64,000 bases of DNA from Acidobacteriota bacterium (GTDB taxonomy: Bacteria; Acidobacteriota; UBA6911; RPQK01; JAJDTT01): the NCBI GenBank assembly GCA_965209055.1, contig OZ242374.1:2976001-3040000 (forward strand), written 5' to 3'. Position 1 is the stretch's first letter. Each line of letters begins with the position of its first letter. The position numbers and the translations under genes are program-made. Shown piece by piece: positions 21,805 to 31,157 of the stretch. The notes under the pieces were generated by a model. It worked only from the letters and a program-made list of their open reading frames with translations, was not told the DNA's origin and made no database searches.

Positions 21805-22050
21805 ATGACCAAAAGGATGCAGGTGTTGTTCGCCGATGATGAGTATGAAGAGATTCAGGCTGCGGCCCAACGGCAACGAATGACTGTCGCCGAGTGGGTC
21901 CGGCAGTCGCTTCGGAAAGCACGGTACGATCAAGCCCGTGACGTTGACCTCAAGTTAAGAGCCATCGCCGAAGCAGTGCGATACGAGCATCCCACTGCCG
22001 ACATCGATGTCATGCTTGAAGAGATCGACGCCGGGCGAGGTCTTGAGTGA
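21805..22050 (+). CDS. RHH antitoxin (VapB-like)
   Basis: KRMQVLF beta strand followed by TVAEWVRQSL helix; GTGA overlap with the PIN gene. Confidence 0.8.
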   Translation: MTKRMQVLFADDEYEEIQAAAQRQRMTVAEWVRQSLRKARYDQARDVDLKLRAIAEAVRYEHPTADIDVMLEEIDAGRGLE

Positions 22051-22442
22051 TCTTCATCGACTCGAATGTGCCCATGTATCTGGTCGGCGCTTCGCATCCA
22101 AACCGGGAACGCGCAATCGAGATCGTGACCAGGCTCGTCCGTGAGAGGGAGCGCCTGATTACGGACGTGGAGGTCTATCAGGAGATTCTTCACCGATACA
22201 CGGCGATCAATAGACACGATGCTATTGACGCCGCCTTCCGGACATTGGACGCTATTGCCGACGAGGTTCTCAGTTTCGGCCTGGCCGAGGTGAGGGCCGC
22301 CCGACGGCTGATCAGCCTTGTTCCAAGGGTTTCATCGCGGGATGCGTTGCACGTTGCAGTGATGCGTCAGGCTGGCGCCAGCCGCATCCTCAGCTTCGAT
22401 CGCGGTTTCGACTCCTGCCCCGGGATTGAGCGCTTATGTTGA
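22047..22442 (+). CDS. vapC: VapC PIN-domain toxin
   Basis: IFIDSNV, EVYQE, SSRDALH, ILSFDRGFD. Confidence 0.9.
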   Translation: MIFIDSNVPMYLVGASHPNRERAIEIVTRLVRERERLITDVEVYQEILHRYTAINRHDAIDAAFRTLDAIADEVLSFGLAEVRAARRLISLVPRVSSRDALHVAVMRQAGASRILSFDRGFDSCPGIERLC

Positions 22443-22480
22443 TTCTCAACGGCGACCGATACGGTTGAGAGCGCAGATTT

Positions 22481-23815
22481 TCAAATTAGTTCTGTCACCG
22501 GCTGCCCGGTTTCGTCGTCGATGGAGTTGGCGATCTTCACGGGGCGTCCGATGGGGCTCATGTATTCCTTGTGCCAGTCGATGCCGAAGGCCTTGTAGAG
22601 GGTTGCGAACAGGTCTCCGATGGTGACCCTTCGCTCCGCCACGTAGGCTCCCCGGTCGTCGCTGGCGCCCACCACCTTGCCCCCTTCGATTCCGCCGCCC
22701 CCCAGCAGCAGGGACCAGCAGTGGGGCCAGTGGTCTCGTCCCGCCTTGGAGTTGTGGTGGGGGCTGCGTCCGAACTCGCCCATGACGACGACGATGGTGG
22801 ACTCCAACAGGCCGCGCTGGTGGAGGTCCTCCAGCAGGACCGGCAGGGATTCGTCCAACTTTGCGGTCTGCTTGATGTTGCGGCTGTCGTTGTTCGAGTG
22901 GGTGTCCCAGCCGTTGAGATCGTGGCCGGCGGCGGTGATGAACCGGCTTCCCGACTCCACCAGGCGCCGGGCCAGAAGCAGGCTCTGTCCGAAGCTGGTC
23001 CGTCCGTAGGCGTCCCGGGTCTTTTCCGATTCCTGGCTCAGATCGAAGGCTTGCCGCACCTCCGGCGCCGTGATCATTTCCAGGGCCTGTTGGCTGAAAC
23101 GGTCCATCTTGACGTGCTCGGCGGTCCGGACCTTCTTCCGGTAGTAGCTGTCCACCAGGTTCAGAAAGGTCTGCCGTTCCTCCAAGTGTTCCCGGGTGAG
23201 GGTCTTGGGAAGGCTGAGATCGGGGACCTGGAAGTCCTTCTCATTGGGGTTCCCCACCAGCATGGGATCGAATTCGGGTCCCAGGTACTGCCCCTTCTGG
23301 TAGAGGTAGTGCTGTTTGCCCGCTTTGGCCGGGACCACGACGTTGGGCGGCACGTGGTTGATCCGTCCCAGTTCACGGCAGACGATGGACCCGACGCCGG
23401 GAAAGTCCATGGCCGGCGTGGGCCGGTGGCCGGTGAGGCCGTAGTAGACCGCCTTTTCGTGGTTGGGCTCCAGGGACTGCATGGAGCGGATGATGGAGAC
23501 CTTGTCCATGTGCCGGGCCAGGTTGGGAAGCAGTTCCGAGATCCGGATGCCGGGCACATTGGTGGATATGGACCGGAAGCTGCTGTTGGGCTTGGGGTCC
23601 CAGGTGTCCATCTGGGCGGGTCCCCCCTCCAGCCAGATCAGGATGCACGAGCTCGCCTTGGCCGAATCGATGTCCTTTCCCGCCTTGGCCATGAGGTGGG
23701 CGGCTTCCAGGTAACGGCTCAGGGACATCCCCAGGAGGCTCAGCGAACCCACTTTGAGGAAGGATCGCCTCGCCAGGACCTCCGGAGTCGGCAACAGGCA
23801 CCCGGTGTATTTCAT
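22481..23815 (-). CDS. DUF1501 domain protein
   Basis: RRSFLK, WLEGGPAQMDTWDPKP, ARRLVESG, GWDTH, GEFGRSP, GRDHW. Confidence 0.92.
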   Translation of the reverse strand: MKYTGCLLPTPEVLARRSFLKVGSLSLLGMSLSRYLEAAHLMAKAGKDIDSAKASSCILIWLEGGPAQMDTWDPKPNSSFRSISTNVPGIRISELLPNLARHMDKVSIIRSMQSLEPNHEKAVYYGLTGHRPTPAMDFPGVGSIVCRELGRINHVPPNVVVPAKAGKQHYLYQKGQYLGPEFDPMLVGNPNEKDFQVPDLSLPKTLTREHLEERQTFLNLVDSYYRKKVRTAEHVKMDRFSQQALEMITAPEVRQAFDLSQESEKTRDAYGRTSFGQSLLLARRLVESGSRFITAAGHDLNGWDTHSNNDSRNIKQTAKLDESLPVLLEDLHQRGLLESTIVVVMGEFGRSPHHNSKAGRDHWPHCWSLLLGGGGIEGGKVVGASDDRGAYVAERRVTIGDLFATLYKAFGIDWHKEYMSPIGRPVKIANSIDDETGQPVTELI

Positions 23816-23838
23816 TTCGCTTCCCTCAGTCCGTTCAC

Positions 23839-26376
23839 TCAGTGGTTGTGGGCGAATTCCCGCGAGGCCAGGAGCGCCCAGACCAGGTTCTTCAGACCCT
23901 CGCTTCGGGAGGAACTCCGCCGGACCAGTTGGGCCAGCCCGTCCCGCTCTTCCGGACGGGGATAGCGGGACAGGCCCGCGAGATAGAGCTCCTCGATGAT
24001 TTCCCCGTCGGACGCGCCCGCATCCAGCAGGCGCGCCAAGCGGCTCCCCTCACCGGCCAACCGCTCCGTGTAGGTTGATCCCACCAGGAGGTGGAGCGCC
24101 TGGTTGAGACTGGGCTCGACGGTCCGCTCCGGGACCTGCTGGCGATTGGTTCTCCCGTACATGTCCAGAAAGGCCGACGGGTAGAGGTCCGGCATGGTCA
24201 GCTCGATGGCCCGGGTGCCCGGGGGCGCCAGTCCCTTGTCGGTGGTCTCGAAGGTCTGGGCCACCGCCGTCACCGAGGTCATGGCGTCCAGGAGGACCTC
24301 GGCGTCCAGCGGCTGGGGCAGGGAGTGGGAGTAGTTGATTCGGTCCCCTTCCGAGCCGGGATGGGGCGTGGAGGAGAGCTGGTAGGTCTCCGACAGGACC
24401 ATTCGCCGGAGCAGTCGCTTCAGGTCGTATCCCTGCTCCCGGAAATCACGGGCCAACGCCTTCAGGAGGCGCGGATGCGTCGGAGGGTTGGACGATCGGA
24501 AGTCGTCCACCGGTTCCACCAGTCCTCGCCCGAAGAGTTGGCCCCAGAACCGGTTGACCGCGGCCTCGGCGAACCAGGGGTGATTGGTCACCCAGCGGGC
24601 GAAGGTCTGGCGGGGGCTGGTGTGGGTGTGAGCCGGCACCGGTGAACCGTCGGGCAAAGCCGGATCCGCTTCCTGGCCCGTCCGTGGATGGATGGTCTTC
24701 TTGCTGTCGGGACCGGCTCCGAAATCCGGATCGGGCCCTTCCGGGTCGTCGTAGATCAGGGCGGTGCCGAAGCCGGCCCACTCGGACCGCGTGACCCGCT
24801 TGAAGAAGGCGGCCAAACCCCAGAATTCGTCCTGACTCCACGACTCGTAGGGATGGTTGTGGCACTGGGCGCAGTCCAGGCGCCGTCCCAGGAAGACCCG
24901 GAACTGTTCGGCCATGGAGTTCTCGGCCCGGGAGATGACACCGTTTTGCAGGAAATGGCGCGAGGCGCCGTCGTAGCCCTGAGCCGTGATCCGTTCCCGG
25001 GCCATTCGGTCATAGGGCTTGTTGGCCGCCACCGAGTCCCGGACCCATTGCCAGTAGACGTGGCCGTGCTCGGCCATTCCGGTGGAGATGTGACCGACTC
25101 GGAACAGGTCGGCCAGCCGGAAGGTCCAATAATCGGTGAACTCCAACGACTCCAGAAGGACGTCCACCAACTTCTCCCGCTTGTCCGGGTCCCGGCTGTT
25201 CAGAAACTCCCGGACCCGATGGGGAGGGGGCAAGGTTCCGGTCAGATCCAGGCAAATGCGCCGGATAAACTCGGAGTCGGTGGAGCGGCGCGCCGGCCGG
25301 AGGTGGAACTTCCGCAGTTTGGCCAGGATGTAGTCGTCGATGTAGTTGCGCGGGACGTAGGAGGCAGAGTCGGTCACGGCATCGGCGATGACGCCGATCC
25401 GGGCACTCACCACGTGACCCGGAGCCCGCACCAGGATAGTGGTTTCCCCCGCGTTGACGGCCCGAACCGTTCCTTCGGAATCCACCTTCACGGTCTCCAG
25501 GTTCGAGGATTCATAGCGGACCTGGTCCGTCACGTCTTCACGGGTGCCGTCCGGAAGATCCGCTAACACCAGCAACCCGTGGCGGCCTCCGGATTCCAGG
25601 ACCACTTCCGAAGGGAGGACCTCCAATCGACGGATCTTCCGCGCCGCCTCGGCCGTTTCGTCGCCGTAGCGGGCGCCCTGCCGGATCCAGTCCAGCAGCG
25701 TCCCGTAGTCCGTGGAGTCCGCGGTCATGCGTTCCCCGCCGCCGTGGGGGACCTGGAGCGACGGTTTCTGCAACAGGAGGCTCCGGTCCGGGGCACTCAT
25801 GTCCACCCGGGGCTCAATGGCGCCGCCCGCCTCCATGCTCATGACCTGATAGTCTCCGCCCTGGACGATCCACCGGTAGTCCTCGCGGGGATGAAGGGCG
25901 TCGATGGAGAGCTTGAATCCGGCTCGGCCCTTGACTCCGCCGTGGCAGTCGCTGGAATTGCATCCTCGTTTGGTGAGGATGGTTCCGATGTCCCGGGAGA
26001 AGCTGAAGGGTCTTTCCACCCCGTCATTGGAGACACGAACGGGAACCTGGCCAGTCAGGCCGCCCAGGTGAGCCCTTAGGGTCGTCTCTCCATCCGTCAG
26101 GGAAGTCACTCGTCCCGCCGGGTCCACCTGGGCAATTCCGCCTGAAGCCAGGGAGAATCGGCTCTGGGAGGTGACGTCCCGCTCCAGACCGTCGGCTCCC
26201 CGTCCCAGGACCAGGACGCGTTGAGTCGCTCCGGGACCTGAGAGAACCACCTCTTCCGGCAACAGACGCAGCGACAGGAAGGTCGATGAGCCGGCCGCCG
26301 CCGGCGTCGAAGCGCCCACGAGAACGACCGCCGTCACGCAGGAGCACAGAATTCGGACCACGCTCGGAGATTTCAT
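23839..26376 (-). CDS. DUF1549/DUF1553 protein with Ig-like domains
   Basis: GCNSSDCHGG, NYIDDYI, FIRRICLDLTG, CAQCHNHP, GRGLVEPVDD, LVWALLASREF. Confidence 0.92.
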   Translation of the reverse strand: MKSPSVVRILCSCVTAVVLVGASTPAAAGSSTFLSLRLLPEEVVLSGPGATQRVLVLGRGADGLERDVTSQSRFSLASGGIAQVDPAGRVTSLTDGETTLRAHLGGLTGQVPVRVSNDGVERPFSFSRDIGTILTKRGCNSSDCHGGVKGRAGFKLSIDALHPREDYRWIVQGGDYQVMSMEAGGAIEPRVDMSAPDRSLLLQKPSLQVPHGGGERMTADSTDYGTLLDWIRQGARYGDETAEAARKIRRLEVLPSEVVLESGGRHGLLVLADLPDGTREDVTDQVRYESSNLETVKVDSEGTVRAVNAGETTILVRAPGHVVSARIGVIADAVTDSASYVPRNYIDDYILAKLRKFHLRPARRSTDSEFIRRICLDLTGTLPPPHRVREFLNSRDPDKREKLVDVLLESLEFTDYWTFRLADLFRVGHISTGMAEHGHVYWQWVRDSVAANKPYDRMARERITAQGYDGASRHFLQNGVISRAENSMAEQFRVFLGRRLDCAQCHNHPYESWSQDEFWGLAAFFKRVTRSEWAGFGTALIYDDPEGPDPDFGAGPDSKKTIHPRTGQEADPALPDGSPVPAHTHTSPRQTFARWVTNHPWFAEAAVNRFWGQLFGRGLVEPVDDFRSSNPPTHPRLLKALARDFREQGYDLKRLLRRMVLSETYQLSSTPHPGSEGDRINYSHSLPQPLDAEVLLDAMTSVTAVAQTFETTDKGLAPPGTRAIELTMPDLYPSAFLDMYGRTNRQQVPERTVEPSLNQALHLLVGSTYTERLAGEGSRLARLLDAGASDGEIIEELYLAGLSRYPRPEERDGLAQLVRRSSSRSEGLKNLVWALLASREFAHNH

Positions 26377-28379
26377 GGCGCCAATGCCACCTCCTGCTGG
26401 CCGGTGCCGGTTTCCGCGATCTCAGGAGAATCCAGGATCAGTAGGGGAATCCTGCCCGCCATGAGCGGGGGGCCGGTCCGGTTCGCCGACATGGGCCGGG
26501 CCCGAATCCTCAGGAACCGGGGCAGGGGAGTGGGTTGAACCTGGGGGTCTGCTTGCAAAACCAACGTGACCGCCTTCCGCTTGGGACGATGGCTCTTGGG
26601 GTCGACGATGTGTTCGCCCGGCGGCCGGTATTGGATTCCCTGAACCAACAGCCCGCTCCAACTGGCGGGAGTGGAGGCCTGGACCCGCATACCGGCGGGA
26701 AGGCCGTCGACTTCCACCAGGACCTCTCCGTCGAATCCTTCCTCCAGATCAGCCACCAGTGTCAGGCGCCTGGATTCCCCCGGCTTCAGGTTGAGGCGGT
26801 CCGTCATTTCGATAAGTTGGGAGGACACCGAGAAGACGCCTAACGACACCTCCATTCGACCCAGATGAGGAACCTGCGGCCGGATCAGAACCCGGTATTG
26901 GTATTCGTCTCCCCAGGCATGGTCGGTCACGTCCCGGACCAGCAGCCAGTAATCCCCTTCCTTGTCAAAGGTGTGCAGTGTCTTCCGCTCGATGGTCTTG
27001 TTGGGGTCGATGCCGTTGCCCCCGTATTCCCGGTAGATGTTGTGGGTCACCACCTCCCCCTTGGCGTCCAGCACCTTGAGCCAGGGGCTGAAGTGGGGGG
27101 GAGCGAGCCGGGGCGTCTCGACCTCTATTGCCACGGATTGACCCGCGCCGACCCGGAATCGGAAACGGTCCACGTCGCCGGGAAAGTCGATGCGCCCTTC
27201 GGCGAAGCTGGGAAGGGGCAGCTCCTGGGCGGCCTCCGCCGAGTCGTTGGGTTCTTGGTCCCGAGTGGAGGCCATGGTGGGGGAGGCATCGCTTCCGGAC
27301 GAGGAGGCGGTCACCGAACGGGTTTTCAATTCGGCCAGCCGATCGTCCCCGAGTCTCCGGTAAAAGCTTCCGAACTGACGCAGGGTCGTGGAGTCCCTTT
27401 CCAGCCAGTCGGCCGGGTCGGCGTGGGCCGGCTGGCCGAAGGCCCCGATCACACGGCGCGAGACAGTCTCGTTCCGGGCCGGTCCGACCCGCAACTGATA
27501 ACTGTTGTCCGAACTCCGGCCCAGAAACGTGCCCACGGAAAGCAGATAACGTCCAGCCTTCTCGAAACGATGCTCCAACAGAGGGTAGAGGACGAACTGG
27601 GCCACGAAGTCACGCCGGTCGAACGAGGTGCTCCGAACCCGGATCGGTTCCCAGGAAAGCCGAGGGCCTTTCAGGACCAGAGGACGAGCCCGATCGGTCC
27701 CGAACCAGCTCTGATGAGGTTCGTAGAGCCGGATCTCGGTCTGGGCCCAATAACTGACGCCCAGCTCGAAGCCGGACAACACCTGGAAGGCCAGCGTCTC
27801 GCCTGCTTCCACCTCGAAGGAGTAGTAATCCAGTTCTCCCTTCTTTTCGATGGTGCCGTTGACGACGGCCGGGAGGCTGATTTCCTGAGCTTGGGAAGGT
27901 CGCTGGTGAGGCGATTCGACTTCATCCTGGAGTTTCTGATTCACCAGGTGGAGGCTCAGGGAGTTGGAGACGCCGGTGGGACCCACGAGCCGGAAGTGGT
28001 GAAGTCCGGGACGAGTTTCGGACGAGGTCGCCACTTCGAGCACGGCCAGGAACTCCGGTTCTTTCGCGTCCTGGCCCAGGAGTTTCAACGCCCTCCTCCT
28101 GTAGTATTCGTCCTCGTCGTTTGCCTCGTTCTCCGTGACCTCGCTCACGGTAAGGAGACGGGCGCGCACGTCGTCACACTCAAACCAGACGGCGTGAGTC
28201 CCCTGCAGGCGTTTCCCGCGCACCTGGATTTTGAACGGAGATCCGATGAGCCCGCCGATTGGATGGTGCGAACGCATCTCAGGGTCCCGGGGCTGGGGCT
28301 TGTCATTGGCGTGGACGCCTTGAGGGCTCCACAAGGCGAAGCATAGAACGGCGCAAGCTGGAAGAAGTTTCCGTTTCAT
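26373..28379 (-). CDS. Secreted pre-peptidase C-terminal (PPC) repeat protein
   Basis: Signal peptide MKRKLLPAC..., PAVVNGTIEKKGELDYYSF and EPNDS...GDVDRFRF repeats; operonic with the DUF1549 and DUF1501 genes. Confidence 0.75.
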   Translation of the reverse strand: MKRKLLPACAVLCFALWSPQGVHANDKPQPRDPEMRSHHPIGGLIGSPFKIQVRGKRLQGTHAVWFECDDVRARLLTVSEVTENEANDEDEYYRRRALKLLGQDAKEPEFLAVLEVATSSETRPGLHHFRLVGPTGVSNSLSLHLVNQKLQDEVESPHQRPSQAQEISLPAVVNGTIEKKGELDYYSFEVEAGETLAFQVLSGFELGVSYWAQTEIRLYEPHQSWFGTDRARPLVLKGPRLSWEPIRVRSTSFDRRDFVAQFVLYPLLEHRFEKAGRYLLSVGTFLGRSSDNSYQLRVGPARNETVSRRVIGAFGQPAHADPADWLERDSTTLRQFGSFYRRLGDDRLAELKTRSVTASSSGSDASPTMASTRDQEPNDSAEAAQELPLPSFAEGRIDFPGDVDRFRFRVGAGQSVAIEVETPRLAPPHFSPWLKVLDAKGEVVTHNIYREYGGNGIDPNKTIERKTLHTFDKEGDYWLLVRDVTDHAWGDEYQYRVLIRPQVPHLGRMEVSLGVFSVSSQLIEMTDRLNLKPGESRRLTLVADLEEGFDGEVLVEVDGLPAGMRVQASTPASWSGLLVQGIQYRPPGEHIVDPKSHRPKRKAVTLVLQADPQVQPTPLPRFLRIRARPMSANRTGPPLMAGRIPLLILDSPEIAETGTGQQEVALAP

Positions 28380-28573
28380 TCGTACGAAACACTCCCGTTG
28401 GAAAAGCCTTGCACGATTATATCCCGCCACCGCGACTTCCTTCCACCTGGGCCGGGGACTGTTAGTCCCAACTGTCCCACAGTCAAAGACTACCGAACGT
28501 TAACGTTTTCAATTATTTACCGGGTTCTTCGCCGAATCGGTAAAGTGGTTGACTCTCCATGTTTGACATGCTG

Positions 28574-28592
28574 AACAGGCAACAAACAGGCA
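28574..28592 (+). promoter_or_regulatory. Putative integrase arm-type binding repeats (left)
   Basis: AACAGGCAACAAACAGGCA; the same motif recurs at 31077-31098 and in copy 1 (about 648-666). Confidence 0.65.
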
Positions 28593-29205
28593 GCCGAATC
28601 GGTTCCTGAAAGCCGACGCGCCCCTTATCCCCCTTCCGTTGCCTGGCTCAGAGACCTTATCAGATAGGCTTTGCCGACCGTTTGGCTCCACCGGAGGACT
28701 CTGCCTGAGGCCGAAGATGTCCGGCTTCAAGCGGCAGGGCATTCCCAAGGATCAGCATCCCCAGCAAGTGTACTACGGCGCGGTGGGGAAGACCCGCCGC
28801 GACTTGGCGTTCAAACTGCCGATTGCCGTCAAGGCGGACCGGACCGTCTTCGTCCGTGTCGATCCGGAGCACTCGACCGACCAGGGCCGGCTCAACTCCT
28901 AAGGCAGGGTGACGGCCGCCCTGAAGCGGGCGGTCGAGTTGCAACCAGCGGCAGAAGTTCGCTCCTTCCAGGTCGGGATTGACGGTGAACGCACTTGGCC
29001 GTCGCAAGGGCCAATGGAGGCTCGTTTCGGCAGTGCGTCAAGAGGGTCTCGCGCCCGATCCGGGATGTGAATGGGACAAAGGGGGTGGATTCACAAAAAG
29101 AGGTCCCGGTGACTCACAAATGCACTCTCCCGGATCTTGTTTCCTTTCAGTCAGTTGCGGCCCTATTTCCGGCCACCGGGTGGCCGCACGGGGAAAGTGG
29201 AGGTG

Positions 29206-29302
29206 GACGGGAGCGACCCCCCCTTTTTGCCGCCCAGTGCGGGCGCGGGGGTGTTGCGCAATTCACATTTGCGCAGCACCCCCTGGGGGGGTCGCTCCCG
29301 TC
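29206..29302. repeat. Nested inverted repeats (large hairpin)
   Basis: Perfect 18-bp arms 29206-29223/29285-29302 enclose a 15-bp hairpin 29247-29261/29269-29283 with one G-T pair. Confidence 0.85.
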
Positions 29303-30030
29303 GAAATTATCCCTAGCGGGAAGGCAAGAGATGACACCCTGACGGGCAAGATGGGATGCAGGAGCATCCCTGATATCCACAACAATAAGGAACGGCTGGA
29401 GGCCCTCAGGAAGCAGGCGGTGGAGAAGCTCCGCGGCCGCCGCGCTTACCGCTGTCCGCGCTGTGGCTGTCAGAGCTACGAGAAAGATTTTGACCGGACA
29501 AGAAGAAGAGACACCTACCAACTGAAAAGCCCTTCCAGTGAGCGCCGAGGCCCTGTGTTCGAGCCTCCCCACCGTGTGGAAAATCAGAGATTTCCCACAG
29601 GGTGCGTCGTTTTGCTGACCCCACAATCAGCGCCGCCCACGAAAGAAAGCCGGCTCCCGGCTGGAAGCCGTCCGAGACCGCGCGAGGGACCCGTTCTTAT
29701 GGGACGCGACAAACAGGAGCGCGTGAAAAAGAGTCCGGCATGGTGAGCCTGACTCTTTGAGGGCGCAACTGGGGGGTCTGGGGGGATAGTTCCCCCCGGT
29801 CCGTCATCCGTTCCGGCTTGCCGGCCTCGCGGACCAGGACGAAATCGGCCCGCCGTTGGAGGACCTCGACCACGGTCGCGGTCCAGGCCTCTCCGGCCCG
29901 CGTTGTGATCTGGATGGAGCCGCCGCCGCGTCCTCGCTCTGAAGGACCTGAACGCCGACGTCGATTCTCTGGCGCCGTGGTAGGATTCGCCCCATGGCGA
30001 AGAACCCGGATCCGGAAAGGAGGAGATGCT

Positions 30031-31119
30031 ATGGGCATCTACAAGGTGAAGGATCGCCGGGGGAGAAGACGCTATGTCGTCAGCAAGTACTGGCCGCACG
30101 GATCCGGTCGGCTTCGAATGTACGCCCCCAACTACCGGAGCGCACAGGCGCTTCAAACACGAATCGAGTCCAGCATCCTGGACGGCACATGGAAGCAGCT
30201 CAAGGAGGAACTCGCCGGCGGGAACCGCACCGTCTGGACGGTCCGGAGCTTCTACGAGCGTTTCTTCGAGGAGTACTGCAAACCTCGCATGCGCTCCCGG
30301 CGTCGCTATGCGCTCTCGTTCAAGAGCCTCAACGCCATGCTGGGAAACATTCCCCTGAAGGAGTTCCGACGCAAGGACCTGTACCGCTATGTCGCCAAAA
30401 GGAAGAAGCAAGTGCAGCCGGCCACGGTGAACCGGGACATTGCCGCCATCAGCAAGCTGTTTTCCTACGCGCTTGAGTGCGGAGAAGTGGACACGCACCC
30501 GCTGGTGAGATTCCCCAAACTCAAAGAACCCAAGAAGGTCTTCCGGCCCTTGACGGTTCAACAGTTCCGCGACCTGGTCGAGGCGATGGACAACCCCTGC
30601 CTGCAAGCCATGGTTGCGGTGATCGGCGAGACGGGGATACGGAAAGGCGAAGCGTTGTCGCTCACCTGGAAACGGGTGGACCTATCCCGGAGTCTGCTAT
30701 GGGTGGAGTTCACCAAGAACGACGAGCCGAGGGAGATTCCGCTCTCGAAGTATGCTGCTGGATACCTGACCGGGCTGGTTCGCTACCTGAACACGCCATA
30801 CGTTTTCGTCAACAGCCGGACTGGCACGAGATGGGTGAATCCGGACAAGCCGTTGCGCCGGGCCGCCGAGCGGGTGGGGTTGAAGGTCGGATTTCACGAC
30901 CTGAGACGATTCCGGTGCAGCCATTGGCTGATGCAGGGGGTGGACGTGAGAACGGTGCAGAAGCTGATGGGTCACTCGGCGATCAGCACGACCATGCGCT
31001 ACGCCGGGTACGTCAGTTCCCATGCGCTTGCCAGCATACGGGAGGCACAGGCTACCGAAGACTCACAAATGCGCCCGGCAACAAACAGGCAACAGGCAGG
31101 AAATAGGGGGAATGACTAG
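30031..31119 (+). CDS. Phage-type tyrosine integrase
   Basis: AGGAGG RBS; PATVNRD, TGIRKGE (R), TKND (K), HDLRR, LMGHS, MRY catalytic set intact. Confidence 0.95.
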   Translation: MGIYKVKDRRGRRRYVVSKYWPHGSGRLRMYAPNYRSAQALQTRIESSILDGTWKQLKEELAGGNRTVWTVRSFYERFFEEYCKPRMRSRRRYALSFKSLNAMLGNIPLKEFRRKDLYRYVAKRKKQVQPATVNRDIAAISKLFSYALECGEVDTHPLVRFPKLKEPKKVFRPLTVQQFRDLVEAMDNPCLQAMVAVIGETGIRKGEALSLTWKRVDLSRSLLWVEFTKNDEPREIPLSKYAAGYLTGLVRYLNTPYVFVNSRTGTRWVNPDKPLRRAAERVGLKVGFHDLRRFRCSHWLMQGVDVRTVQKLMGHSAISTTMRYAGYVSSHALASIREAQATEDSQMRPATNRQQAGNRGND

Positions 31120-31157
31120 AGGAGAGCAGTGGCGTAACCCCTTGAAAATAAAAGCAA

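Noticed and set aside
28651-28669. ColE2-origin-like CCTTATCAGATA in the mini element
   Set aside because: Copy 1 reads CCTTATCCGATT, so the key motif is not conserved, and the element has no Rep.
28979-29746. 255-aa ORF inside the mini element
   Set aside because: Runs through hairpin-rich non-coding DNA; only a short CxxC stretch looks protein-like.
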